64,000 nucleotides of DNA from an uncultured Bdellovibrionales bacterium (GTDB lineage Bacteria; Patescibacteriota; Minisyncoccia; Moranbacterales; UBA1568). Below, piece after piece: positions 43,183 through 52,254 of this stretch (its first letter is position 1; the number at the start of each line of letters is the position of its first letter). The position numbers were made by a program, and so were the translations under genes. The notes under the pieces are model-generated. The model was not told the DNA's origin, made no database searches, and saw only the letters and a program-made list of their open reading frames with translations. The DNA lies in the NCBI GenBank assembly GCA_964594215.1, contig CAZQLN010000004.1, positions 862 through 64,861 on the forward strand, written 5' to 3'.

Positions 43183-43872
43183 TTAAGCAATCTCAAGAAT
43201 CATCGGTAAATGATCTGAGACTTCGTTTTTTGGCACCTGAAAATCCTTTACTTCTACGCCTGGCCCCACGAAAGTATAATCAGCAAAAAGATGCTTGTTA
43301 TCTGGATACTTTGCCCAGGCAATTTCATTCCTTGTTGTGTCAATAGTATATTCTCTAATTAGATTCTTATAGCCGCACTCTTCAAAAATCTTGATGCTCT
43401 TCGTATCAGGGAAAAGATTGAAGTCTCCCATAATAATATGCTTGCCTGGCTTATTCTTAAGAAACTCTAGAATCTCTCTAGACTGAGCTATGCGCGCTTC
43501 TGTATCCTGCTTATCTGCGGGAAAAGCAGCTCCGTGAATATTACAGATTATATAATGCTCATTTCCTCTCATGATATCTACCCAAAGTCCCAATCCCTGA
43601 TCCCTATTGTGCGGAAAAAAGACTCCAGAAGCCAACAAGGTTATGTCATCGCGCAAACAGGTCATCTGACAGAGATCATCCTTCGTCAAATATTCATATT
43701 TGCTGGTGATAATATTTTGCCATCCTTGTAATTCTTGACTCCGGATACGCTCTGTTTCATCAGAAGCTTCCTGAAACAAGAAAATATCTGTATCACGAGC
43801 CTGTGTAGACACAAATTCTCTGAGTGCCTCCGCGCAGCCACCTCGCCAGGTATTGAGTGAAAGAATTTTCAT
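43183..43872 (-). CDS. Endonuclease/exonuclease/phosphatase family protein
   Basis: KILSLNT, FLFQE, MGDFN, DYTF, VSDHLP. Confidence 0.9.
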   Translation of the reverse strand: MKILSLNTWRGGCAEALREFVSTQARDTDIFLFQEASDETERIRSQELQGWQNIITSKYEYLTKDDLCQMTCLRDDITLLASGVFFPHNRDQGLGLWVDIMRGNEHYIICNIHGAAFPADKQDTEARIAQSREILEFLKNKPGKHIIMGDFNLFPDTKSIKIFEECGYKNLIREYTIDTTRNEIAWAKYPDNKHLFADYTFVGPGVEVKDFQVPKNEVSDHLPMILEIA

Positions 43873-44456
43873 ATCGCCGATGTCCCTTGCCACACCATTT
43901 TTAGGTATGTTCCTGTTTTGGGCGACCAGCCAAGGGCACTCGCAGTCACATCTTCACTGGTAATCACTCCGTGAATCTGTTCCAATGCATCGCCATGAGA
44001 TACTAAAACTACTTTTTTGCCAGGAAATTCTCGAGCTACCTCATTAAGCAAATTCGTGACCCGTGCACGCATATCTTCAAAACTCTCCACTCCATCACTT
44101 CCATCAGTATGAATGCGTTTCTCTGGACTGCTATACACCTGGAAAAATTTATCCATCGGTAAAGTATTGAACTGACCGAAGTCTGTTTCACGCAGACGAA
44201 TATCTTGCCACACTGGCACTCCTACGGCTTCACCTATAATAGTCGCTGTTTCAACAGCTCGAGTCAGCGGTGAACTAATAATTACATCGATACCCTCTTC
44301 TCTGAGGCTATCCGCTGTTTCCTGTACCTCTGCCATCCCTCGCGCAGTTAAGTGCCTCACTGTGCGGCCAGGTACTTCAGGATAAGAACTCAAAATACCG
44401 GCCGCATTGGAATCAGCTTCACCATGACGTACTAAATAGAGTGTGACACCTGTCAT
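43869..44456 (-). CDS. Histidine phosphatase family protein
   Basis: LVRHGE, SSPLTRA.ETA, LRETDFG, VSHG. Confidence 0.92.
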   Translation of the reverse strand: MTGVTLYLVRHGEADSNAAGILSSYPEVPGRTVRHLTARGMAEVQETADSLREEGIDVIISSPLTRAVETATIIGEAVGVPVWQDIRLRETDFGQFNTLPMDKFFQVYSSPEKRIHTDGSDGVESFEDMRARVTNLLNEVAREFPGKKVVLVSHGDALEQIHGVITSEDVTASALGWSPKTGTYLKMVWQGTSAI

Positions 44457-44471
44457 AGATTACAAAGTTTC

Positions 44472-44621
44472 CTAATGAATAAAGTGATACAGATCCCACC
44501 CAAGGCCAGTTCCCAAAAACAATACCATCAGACCCATGAGTTTGAAGAGGAAAAAAATGGCTTTTTCACCTGAACCTCTCTTAACTTGATATTTTTCTCT
44601 ATATTTTTTGGGTAAAGGCAT
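44472..44621 (-). CDS. Small 49-aa membrane protein (not in the ORF track)
   Basis: MPLPKKYREKYQVKRGSGEKAIFFLFKLMGLMVLFLGTGLGWDLYHFIH; fills the argS-phosphatase gap, co-oriented. Confidence 0.6.
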   Translation of the reverse strand: MPLPKKYREKYQVKRGSGEKAIFFLFKLMGLMVLFLGTGLGWDLYHFIH

Positions 44622-44650
44622 AACAAATAAACGATTGGAATATTTTTGTA

Positions 44651-46240
44651 TTACATTTTTTCTGGAGCACTCACTCCAATAAGACGAAGGGTCTCTCCAA
44701 GCACTTCTTTGGTAGCCGCTACCAAAGCCAAGCGTGCCCGTGACAAGTCTTGGTTTTCAGTATCAACCACCTGACACTCAGCATAATATGAGTGAAACTT
44801 ATCAGCCAGACGAATAGCCAGTTGTGGTAGACGGTGTGGCTCACACTCCTGTGAGGCCAATTCAAGAAACTCTTGAAACCCAAATATCTCACGCATCAAA
44901 GTTTTTTCCTTATCATGGGTAAGGAGACTAAGGTCAGCACCTCCATACTCTAGAGTATCATCGGCTCCCTTAGCCAAAATACTAGCCATACGAGCATGAG
45001 CATACTGAGCATAGAAAACTGGATTTTTCTGAGAACGCTCTTCTGCCAAGCCCAAATCGAAGGTCATATGAGTATCTGGTGAATATTGAAGAAAAAAGAA
45101 GCGCGTCACATCATGCCCCACTAGTTCAAGAAGCTCATCTATAGTCACTGTATTACCCGCTCTTTTACTCATCTTCACTTCTTCACCATCTTTAACCAAT
45201 TTCACTAACTGCATAAGAAGAAAAGTTATCTCTCCCTTAAAACCAAGCGCTCGCGCCACTGCCTCGAAACGCTTGGTATAACCATGATGATCAGCTCCAA
45301 AGGTTTCGATAATTTTTTCTACTCCCGCTTCAATATAACCAAGAATATGCCCCGCATCAGAGGCAAAGTAGGTCTTACTACCATCAGCCTTGATTAATAC
45401 ACGATCTTTATCATCGCCATATTCGGTAGTCCGAAGCCAGAGTGCGCCCTCTTCTTCAAAAGTTCTTCCTTGGGTTTTCAACATCTCAATAGCCTTCTCT
45501 ATCATGCCTGATTCTACAATAGCTTGCTCAGAGGTCCATATATCAAAGTGAATTTGCATGCCTTGCTCTATAGTAGGCTTGATATATTGATCGAGAACGA
45601 GTTGAGCCGCTTTAGTCCCAACCTCAAAAACATCAGCGCTAGACTCTCCAAGTTTTTCACGAAGTAACACTATATAATCACCGCCATATACAGCCTGTTC
45701 ATCTCCAAGTACGCTGTGTCCCAGTTTAGTAATTTGTTCGCCCGCATCATTGATATAGTACTCATTAGTTACTGTATAGCCAGTCTTGCGAAGCAGTCGT
45801 CCGAGAGAATCACCATAAAATCCTCCGCGACCATTCCCGAGATGCAGAGGACCCGTCGGATTAGCAGAGATAAATTCATTATTAACCTGAATACCTTTTC
45901 CTATTGTCGAATCCCCAAAATGCTCTTTTTTTTGAATAGCTTCTTGTATGGCATCAGTAAATACCCTACTCTCTAGATAAAAATTTAAATGCCCTGGTCC
46001 AGCTACTTCTACCTGAGCAAAATCATTTCTGAGCCTTGGTAGTAAAAGCCTAGCAATTTCTTGCGGATTTTTCAGCGCTCCTTTAGCTACAACAAGAGCA
46101 ATATTAGAAGTGTATTCACCAAACTGCTCATCCTTAGGGAGCTCTACCGTAACCGCCGGAATATCAAAAACAGGCAAAATACCTTCTGCCTGAAGATCTT
46201 GTAAAACCTTTTCGATTTTCTTAGCAATGTCAGCTTTCAT
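44651..46240 (-). CDS. argS: Arginine-tRNA ligase
   Basis: EFISANPTGPLHLG, GADHHGY, MSKRAG, YAQYAHAR, APEKM. Confidence 0.97.
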   Translation of the reverse strand: MKADIAKKIEKVLQDLQAEGILPVFDIPAVTVELPKDEQFGEYTSNIALVVAKGALKNPQEIARLLLPRLRNDFAQVEVAGPGHLNFYLESRVFTDAIQEAIQKKEHFGDSTIGKGIQVNNEFISANPTGPLHLGNGRGGFYGDSLGRLLRKTGYTVTNEYYINDAGEQITKLGHSVLGDEQAVYGGDYIVLLREKLGESSADVFEVGTKAAQLVLDQYIKPTIEQGMQIHFDIWTSEQAIVESGMIEKAIEMLKTQGRTFEEEGALWLRTTEYGDDKDRVLIKADGSKTYFASDAGHILGYIEAGVEKIIETFGADHHGYTKRFEAVARALGFKGEITFLLMQLVKLVKDGEEVKMSKRAGNTVTIDELLELVGHDVTRFFFLQYSPDTHMTFDLGLAEERSQKNPVFYAQYAHARMASILAKGADDTLEYGGADLSLLTHDKEKTLMREIFGFQEFLELASQECEPHRLPQLAIRLADKFHSYYAECQVVDTENQDLSRARLALVAATKEVLGETLRLIGVSAPEKM

Positions 46241-46262
46241 ACTTACCAGCCTACCTTATTTA

Positions 46263-47270
46263 CTAAGCCAAGGAAAGGCCGATACTTCTACGGTAAACAA
46301 TATCATTTTTATCTTGAAAAGGAACAAATTTTCCCTCTTTGCAGACATCACTGCAATAGCCGGCCATTTTCTGATGACAATTCTCACATTGAATAAAAAG
46401 GAGGTTGCAGGCAGTCTCACTACAGTTGATATACTGATCAGCCGCTACTCCACATTGGTAACACGTACCAAGCACGTCAGAGGTAATAGCCTCTTCGAGA
46501 CGTTCGTCAAACACAAAGTTTTTTCCCTTAAACTTGCTAGTAAGCCCCTCCCGTTCTATCTGATGTTTGTAATCAATAATACCGCCCAGTAACTGGTACA
46601 CTTTCTTGAAACCGTGGTGCTTGAGATAGGAACTCGCTTTCTCGCAGCGTATTCCTCCCGTGCAATAGAGAAGCACTGGCTCTTCTTCTTTTCCCTGAAG
46701 AGCCTCGAGGGCCATTGGTAGCTCCTCGCGAAAAGTAAACGCATTTGGTGTAATTGCCCCGTCGAAACGTCCAATGGCTGATTCATAGTTATTGCGCATG
46801 TCAACTACCGTAGCGCCCTCATCAAGTTTCTCATTGAATTCCCTCGCCGTTAGATGCGTACCGACATTACTCACATCATAATCATTTGCAGTCAGTCCAT
46901 CGGCTACAATCTGTTTTTTCACTTTGATCGTCAATTTCCAAAAGGCCCGGGTCTCCTGAAGCACGCCAAACTTGAATGGCACATCGGTAAATTCCGTACG
47001 AGCATAAAGTTTTTCAACAAATTCATCCCATTTAGGCATCGGCACACTCATCTGAGCATTGATACCTTCCTGTGCAACATAGATACGCCCGAGGCACCCG
47101 AGAGCATCCCATTCCTGATAGAGCTCATGACGTAGAGCGACGGGATCAGTGATGGAAACATAGCGATAGAAAGAAACTACCCTTCTCTCAAAGGATTCCT
47201 CTGCTATCTTAGTCAAAGCCTCTTCTTTAGAGAGGTGGTTACGAAGATGATGGTAAGTATTCTTTTTCAT
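46263..47270 (-). CDS. trhO: Rhodanese-domain tRNA U34 hydroxylase (YceA/TrhO)
   Basis: GRIYVAQEGINAQ, DMRNNYE..IG.F, YCTGGIRCEKAS, GKNFVFDER. Confidence 0.92.
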   Translation of the reverse strand: MKKNTYHHLRNHLSKEEALTKIAEESFERRVVSFYRYVSITDPVALRHELYQEWDALGCLGRIYVAQEGINAQMSVPMPKWDEFVEKLYARTEFTDVPFKFGVLQETRAFWKLTIKVKKQIVADGLTANDYDVSNVGTHLTAREFNEKLDEGATVVDMRNNYESAIGRFDGAITPNAFTFREELPMALEALQGKEEEPVLLYCTGGIRCEKASSYLKHHGFKKVYQLLGGIIDYKHQIEREGLTSKFKGKNFVFDERLEEAITSDVLGTCYQCGVAADQYINCSETACNLLFIQCENCHQKMAGYCSDVCKEGKFVPFQDKNDIVYRRSIGLSLA

Positions 47271-47324
47271 GCCTCATATAGTAGCTTATTTAAAGCGAAA
47301 AGTGAAGCTTGTTCTTCCTTGCTA

Positions 47325-47353
47325 TTGCAAAAAAAGCAAAAATATGCTATAAT
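47325..47353 (+). promoter_or_regulatory. smpB promoter
   Basis: TTGCAA-17-TATAAT with extended TG. Confidence 0.7.
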
Positions 47354-47367
47354 TACAAACGTCCTTA

Positions 47368-47826
47368 GTGTCTAAAAATATGACTGTCATTGCCAGAAAC
47401 AAACGAGCTAGTTTTGATTATGCCTTAGGAGAGCACTTCGAGGCCGGTTTAGTATTGACTGGATCTGAAGTCAAGGCCGTCAAAACGGGTCATGCCAGCC
47501 TTAAAGGCAGCTTTGTCACCGTTAAGGGTAGTGAACTCATGCTTACTAATGCCCTAATCCCGCGCTATAAGCACGCTCACAAGGATACAGTCCACGAGGA
47601 TACACGCCCAAGAAAGCTTCTCCTTCGCAAGCGTCAGATCCGCTCTCTGATCGGAAAATTTCGCACAGAAGGCTTGACATTGGTGCCGATTCGTTTGTAT
47701 ACTAAGAAACAACTTGTCAAGGTTGAATTTGCTGTTGGTAAAGGAAAAAAGACCTACGACAAGCGTCAAACCATCGCTAAACGAGATGCCGAACGCAGTA
47801 TGCGTAAAGCCATGAGACATGACTAG
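47368..47826 (+). CDS. smpB: SsrA-binding protein
   Basis: NKRASFDY, EAGLVLTGSEVK, RKLLL, GKKTYDKR. Confidence 0.97.
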   Translation: MSKNMTVIARNKRASFDYALGEHFEAGLVLTGSEVKAVKTGHASLKGSFVTVKGSELMLTNALIPRYKHAHKDTVHEDTRPRKLLLRKRQIRSLIGKFRTEGLTLVPIRLYTKKQLVKVEFAVGKGKKTYDKRQTIAKRDAERSMRKAMRHD

Positions 47827-47896
47827 ACGGTCGCGCACTACTCACCTTACTTTAGCACGGAGCTTCGGCTCCAACCTCTTGTGGGGCGGGTGGTGC

Positions 47897-48299
47897 GGGG
47901 TTGTTTAGACTCGACAGCGTGTACTTTCAAAATATGCAAGCCGACCCCGAGAGCATGGTCGTAAATCTTACTCTCACAATGATAATTGCAAACATCATTT
48001 CAAAGACGAAGAGTGCACTAGCTAACGCTTTTGCTCCCTCTTACGCTCTTGCTTTCGCTTAATTGTGATCGCCATCAGAACTCCTATTCTCGATAAAGAA
48101 CTTCTGGTGTCATATTCATCGAGACGACCGTAAGGATTTCGCTTTTTTTACCCTATTGGTTGTATGCAAAAGAAAGAACAGACAAAAAGTTTTGTTTCTT
48201 TTCTCATTTTTGTTCTGTCACTCCAAAAGAAACTACGCTTGTAGAATATTTTGAAAAAACATGAACTGGACATGGGTGCAATTCCCATCAACTCCACCA
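47897..48299 (+). ncRNA. ssrA: tmRNA
   Basis: 5' GGGGTTG..TCGAC pairs with 3' CAACTCC-ACCA; T-arm ATGGG-TGCAATT-CCCAT; tag frame 47988-48062 ANIISKTKSALANAFAPSYALAFA*; adjacent to smpB. Confidence 0.95.
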
Positions 48300-48314
48300 T
48301 TAACAATACTTTTC

Positions 48315-48863
48315 GTGAGAAGACGACGTCACAACCGACCAAAACCAAAAGAACAGGTGAAGCTCCGTTTGCGCTTGAATGAGCAGATAGAAGCCCCTGA
48401 GATTATGGTTATCGACCTCCATGGCGAAAACCGCGGAGTGATGTCTGTCGCTGACGCTATCCTGATTGCCCAGGAACAAGAAGCTGATCTCGTCGAGGTC
48501 TCTCCCCTAGCTAAGCCTCCTGTCTGTAAGATTACCGATTACGGTAAGCTCCAGTACAAACAGGCCAAGCAAGATCAACAGGCCAAGGCTAAGCAAAAGA
48601 AGGTAGATACCAAAGGTATTCGTATCGGCTTCCGTACTGATAAGCATGATCTTGCTTTCAAAAAAGGTCAGGCTGAAAAGTTTCTTACTAAGGGACACAA
48701 GGTGCGTATCGAGATAATACTACGTGGCCGTGAAAAAGCCATGAATGACAAAGCTCGAGAAAACCTCACTCTCTTCGCCAAAAGCATTACCATCCCTTTC
48801 AAAACTGAAGAAGAAGTCAAAAGAGGTCCAAAAGGATTCACGACACTAATCGCTCCAGAATAA
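48315..48863 (+). CDS. infC: Translation initiation factor IF-3
   Basis: LNEQI, DLVEVSP.AKPPVCKI.DYGK, LRGRE. Non-ATG start (GTG 48315 or ATA 48306); the listed ATG lies inside the tmRNA. Confidence 0.94.
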   Translation: MRRRRHNRPKPKEQVKLRLRLNEQIEAPEIMVIDLHGENRGVMSVADAILIAQEQEADLVEVSPLAKPPVCKITDYGKLQYKQAKQDQQAKAKQKKVDTKGIRIGFRTDKHDLAFKKGQAEKFLTKGHKVRIEIILRGREKAMNDKARENLTLFAKSITIPFKTEEEVKRGPKGFTTLIAPE

Positions 48864-48871
48864 ATAACTCT

Positions 48872-49063
48872 ATGAAACAGAAGACTAAGAAATCACTCGT
48901 TAAAAAGATTCGTGTTACCGGGAGCGGTAAACTAAAGACTCGTGCCACAGGTCAAAATCATCACAATACTCGTGCTACAGGCAACCAACGACGCGACAAG
49001 CGCAATGACAATGATGTCTATCCAGCAGTTGCTAAAAACATTAAGAAGGCCATGGCCATCTAA
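48872..49063 (+). CDS. rpmI: 50S ribosomal protein L35
   Basis: KQKTKKS..K.IRVTGSGK; lies between infC and rplT. Confidence 0.92.
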   Translation: MKQKTKKSLVKKIRVTGSGKLKTRATGQNHHNTRATGNQRRDKRNDNDVYPAVAKNIKKAMAI

Positions 49064-49093
49064 TCCTAACTAAATACAATCGAAAGAATCGCT

Positions 49094-49438
49094 ATGACCC
49101 GAATCAAACGAGGCGTTCAAACCAAGAAACGCCACAAAAATCTTCTCAAGCAGGCTAAAGGCTTCCGCTGGGGACGCAAGAATCTGTTCCGTACGGCTAA
49201 GGAAGCTGTGATTAAGGCTGGTAAATATGCTCATCGTGACCGTCGTGCCAAAAAGCGTGACTTCCGTAGTCTCTGGATCATCCGCCTCAATAACGCTCTT
49301 CGTCTTCATGGTCTTACCTACGCTACCTTCATCCACCTAGAAAAAGAAAAAGGTATTACCCTCGACCGCAAGGTCCTCTCTGAAATGGCTGTTGAAAATC
49401 CTGAAGTCTTCGCTAAGTTTGTAGAAAAAGTGAAATAA
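49094..49438 (+). CDS. rplT: 50S ribosomal protein L20
   Basis: MTRIKRG, AKGFR, RDRRAKKRDFRSLWI.R.N, LDRKVLSEMA. Confidence 0.97.
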   Translation: MTRIKRGVQTKKRHKNLLKQAKGFRWGRKNLFRTAKEAVIKAGKYAHRDRRAKKRDFRSLWIIRLNNALRLHGLTYATFIHLEKEKGITLDRKVLSEMAVENPEVFAKFVEKVK

Positions 49439-49460
49439 TTTCTCCTTTCTACTACTAAAG

Positions 49461-49490
49461 AAAAATCCCTCACTTGCTGAGGGATTTTTT
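49461..49490. terminator. Bidirectional terminator
   Basis: AAAAATCCCTCA-CTTGC-TGAGGGATTTTT. Confidence 0.8.
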
Positions 49491-49877
49491 GTAGCGATAG
49501 AGCATAAGAATCAGCATAGCCAAGCAGGCACCAAATAAGTCAAAACCCACATCCGAAAGCTTGGATCCCCGAAAAGGCGTAAAGTACTGATGAAGCTCAT
49601 CGCTAATACCGTATAGAGTCGCGCCAAAAATAGTCAGTGCTGAGAGAATAGCAGCTTTCTCTTTGGGGAAACGCTTCCAAATGAAACCGTATATCAGAAG
49701 ACTTAGAACAAAGTATTCAAAGACGTGAGCCCCTTTGCGTTCTACGTAGTAACTCGACGTCACCTCTAATGGATACGGTGAGCCAGGGATCGATGAGAAA
49801 TAAAAAATAACAAGCGCCCAGAGCAGGAGCGCCTTTCCCCAGGGAACTTGGTGCCGGAAACGTACTAAAAAACCCAT
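49470..49877 (-). CDS. VanZ-like membrane protein
   Basis: IFYFSS, RKGAHVFEY, YGISDELHQYF.P.R...SDVGFD. Confidence 0.88.
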   Translation of the reverse strand: MGFLVRFRHQVPWGKALLLWALVIFYFSSIPGSPYPLEVTSSYYVERKGAHVFEYFVLSLLIYGFIWKRFPKEKAAILSALTIFGATLYGISDELHQYFTPFRGSKLSDVGFDLFGACLAMLILMLYRYKKSLSK

Positions 49878-49878
49878 A

Positions 49879-50022
49879 TCAATGTTTCTTTCTGTGCTGA
49901 CCCGCTTCGTGAATAAGGTCGAAAAAAGCATAGAAAGGAAGCCACAGCCAAACTACCTTGCGTAAAAGCTTATCGATACTGTCGTTAAGACTCTTCTTTT
50001 TTTTCTTGCCATGTCCCGCCAT
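49879..50022 (-). CDS. Small 47-aa basic/hydrophobic protein (not in the ORF track)
   Basis: MAGHGKKKKKSLNDSIDKLLRKVVWLWLPFYAFFDLIHEAGQHRKKH; 1 nt from both neighbours. Confidence 0.65.
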   Translation of the reverse strand: MAGHGKKKKKSLNDSIDKLLRKVVWLWLPFYAFFDLIHEAGQHRKKH

Positions 50023-50023
50023 A

Positions 50024-50761
50024 CTAATTGAGTTCGTAAATTACATCTTTTTTTTCTACAACAATTTTCCAACCTTCCTTCTCGGCAAGTGCTTTAAGGT
50101 TTTGATTTGGATTAAAAGCAATCGGATGTGCGACTAACTTCAAGAAACCACCATCAGACTCAGTATCCCCTATTCCATATGAATCATCAAGACTCAAGCC
50201 ATGCTCTTGGATATATTTTTCTACTACTTTATCTTTCATGCGTGATGGTTCAAAAATAGCCCTCCCCGTGTAGATACCTTCCTTGTCTGTTTCGTAGACG
50301 CTTCCATAGACTCCATCAAATTTGAGATACTGTTTATTATACTCTTCAACAATCTCGATTGGAGAACCAGAGATAACGAGCAGATGATAACCTTCTTTAC
50401 GTAATTTCTTAATGAGAGCCTCAGAAAATACATAGGTACGCTTAGCATGAAAGGGTACCACCATTTGCGCTGCTTTGAGTACGTCTTCACGCGAGCAACC
50501 CTGAATGTGTTCTGCATACAAATCCACTAGAGCTCTTCGATAGTCTTCGTAAGTACCTTCGTGTTCTATCCAGCTCGAGTACACCTCGGTTAGTCTGTGA
50601 CGAACTTCATTAGGAAAAACCTTGAGCCAAGCAAGCTGATTGATCAGTTCAAAATGGAGATTCTTTCTGAATATCGTTCCATCAATGTCAAACACCGCCA
50701 ACTTCTTGATAGATTCAGGATTTTTTTGTTTAGAAATTTTAGTTTGCTTTTTGACGACCAT
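50024..50761 (-). CDS. HAD-IB (SerB-like) hydrolase
   Basis: FDIDGT, ISGS, GDTESD, AFNP. Confidence 0.9.
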   Translation of the reverse strand: MVVKKQTKISKQKNPESIKKLAVFDIDGTIFRKNLHFELINQLAWLKVFPNEVRHRLTEVYSSWIEHEGTYEDYRRALVDLYAEHIQGCSREDVLKAAQMVVPFHAKRTYVFSEALIKKLRKEGYHLLVISGSPIEIVEEYNKQYLKFDGVYGSVYETDKEGIYTGRAIFEPSRMKDKVVEKYIQEHGLSLDDSYGIGDTESDGGFLKLVAHPIAFNPNQNLKALAEKEGWKIVVEKKDVIYELN

Positions 50762-51254
50762 GAGTTTTATTTTTACTGAGCTCATAGAGAGCGATCCCTG
50801 TAGCCACTGAAACATTGAGCGAGTTCTTGGTTCCATGCATTGGTATTTCTAGTATAGCATCACAAAGGTCTAACACTTCCCGTGAAATCCCCTCCACTTC
50901 ATTACCTACTATTAAGGCTACCTTAGTGGCATCAGTAGTCTCTGTATAAGGAATACTTCTCGCGTCTTGTTCTAAGGCGTAACAAACAAAACCCGCTCCT
51001 TTTAACTCACCAAGCAATAGAAAGATATCTGCACGCTGTTCCCAGGAAACTGTTTTTTCAGCACCGAGAGCTGTTTTTTGAATCTGCTTATCTGCAGTAG
51101 TCAGAAGATATTTCTTAGTTGATGGAATGGGTGTGTATCCAGTCAGGTACACCTTCGTCACGCCCGCTCCATCAGCGGTACGCAAAAAGGCGCCCACATT
51201 GTGAGCGCTCCGTATATCATGAGCAATAAGTACTACCTCCCTATCGACCACCAT
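50739..51254 (-). CDS. TrmH/SpoU family RNA methyltransferase
   Basis: IRSAHNVGAFLRTAD, GNEVEGI, IPM.G..NSLNVSVA. Confidence 0.92.
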   Translation of the reverse strand: MVVDREVVLIAHDIRSAHNVGAFLRTADGAGVTKVYLTGYTPIPSTKKYLLTTADKQIQKTALGAEKTVSWEQRADIFLLLGELKGAGFVCYALEQDARSIPYTETTDATKVALIVGNEVEGISREVLDLCDAILEIPMHGTKNSLNVSVATGIALYELSKNKTHGRQKAN

Positions 51255-52245
51255 ACTGTTGAAATAATGCTTTACCGGTATCCCAAAGAGCAGGATAATT
51301 CTTTTCAATTTTTAACCAGTACCACCATTCTACTCCCCATAGGTAGATTTCATCAAAACCCACTCTTCTAGCGTAGGTGACATTCTCAACTAATTTTTTC
51401 TCATCCATGGTAATGAATTGTTCCTCAAGAGGTACGTTCTTCACCCAACCATTAGCCCATGGTTCAGCCTGAAGCTCTATCACGATGAAATGTTCTTGAT
51501 CGGTAAGAAGTCTCGTCCAAAGTTCTTTCATCTTGAAAAAATTTGGCCCAATCGGATACGTCACATAACCGAGGCGTTTCTGATAGATGTGTCGATAGAG
51601 TGTGGTGCCGAAAATATCACCCTCATGAGCCGCCTTGTACCACAAAGAAAGTTCTCCACTATCAGTGACAATGACCTTACGAGTTGGATCTAGATCTTTT
51701 ACCAAGGCTACTTCGCTGGTCAGAAATGATGGATCGAGTTTTGGACAAATACCAAACAATGCAAGAAATGGCTCATTTTCTACCTGCCATGTTGTGACTG
51801 TCGGATTATCTTTATAACGCTCTACAGTAGTTTTGATCATCTTGAGAAGCTTTGTTCTACGGAGATGCTCATCTTCCTTGGCCCAAGATGGAATATGACA
51901 CTCTGGCCAACGAGGAACGCGTTGACCTACAGTCACAATCACTTCCGCATCCTGCTTACCAGCTTCCTCTATTTGCCAATCAAGATCTGAAAAATTATAA
52001 ACCCCCTGCTCCTTCTCAATTAAGTCCCAATAAGCTGGCAGGCGGAGCTTTTTGACCTGAAGGTCATTGAGCATCGCTAAATAAGTTTCGCGCCAATTCA
52101 AACCCAGATCCTCAGCATACCGTGAAGAAAAAGTCATTCCTAAAACCACATCTTCCCGCGGTTTTGGCCCAGGGAGATTGAGATAGCCAAAAAAGAGAAG
52201 GGCTACGAAAAATAAAATTACCAGTATTTTTTTTGTTTTTTGCAT
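51241..52245 (-). CDS. Membrane-anchored clan GH-A glycoside hydrolase
   Basis: N-terminal TM, LRLPAYWDLIE, WQVENEP acid/base, IELQAEPW nucleophile region. Confidence 0.8.
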   Translation of the reverse strand: MQKTKKILVILFFVALLFFGYLNLPGPKPREDVVLGMTFSSRYAEDLGLNWRETYLAMLNDLQVKKLRLPAYWDLIEKEQGVYNFSDLDWQIEEAGKQDAEVIVTVGQRVPRWPECHIPSWAKEDEHLRRTKLLKMIKTTVERYKDNPTVTTWQVENEPFLALFGICPKLDPSFLTSEVALVKDLDPTRKVIVTDSGELSLWYKAAHEGDIFGTTLYRHIYQKRLGYVTYPIGPNFFKMKELWTRLLTDQEHFIVIELQAEPWANGWVKNVPLEEQFITMDEKKLVENVTYARRVGFDEIYLWGVEWWYWLKIEKNYPALWDTGKALFQQYGGR

Positions 52246-52254
52246 CGTTTTGTT

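Noticed and set aside
48148-48348. 66-aa minus ORF and the ATG-48261 extension of infC
   Set aside because: Both overlap the tmRNA.
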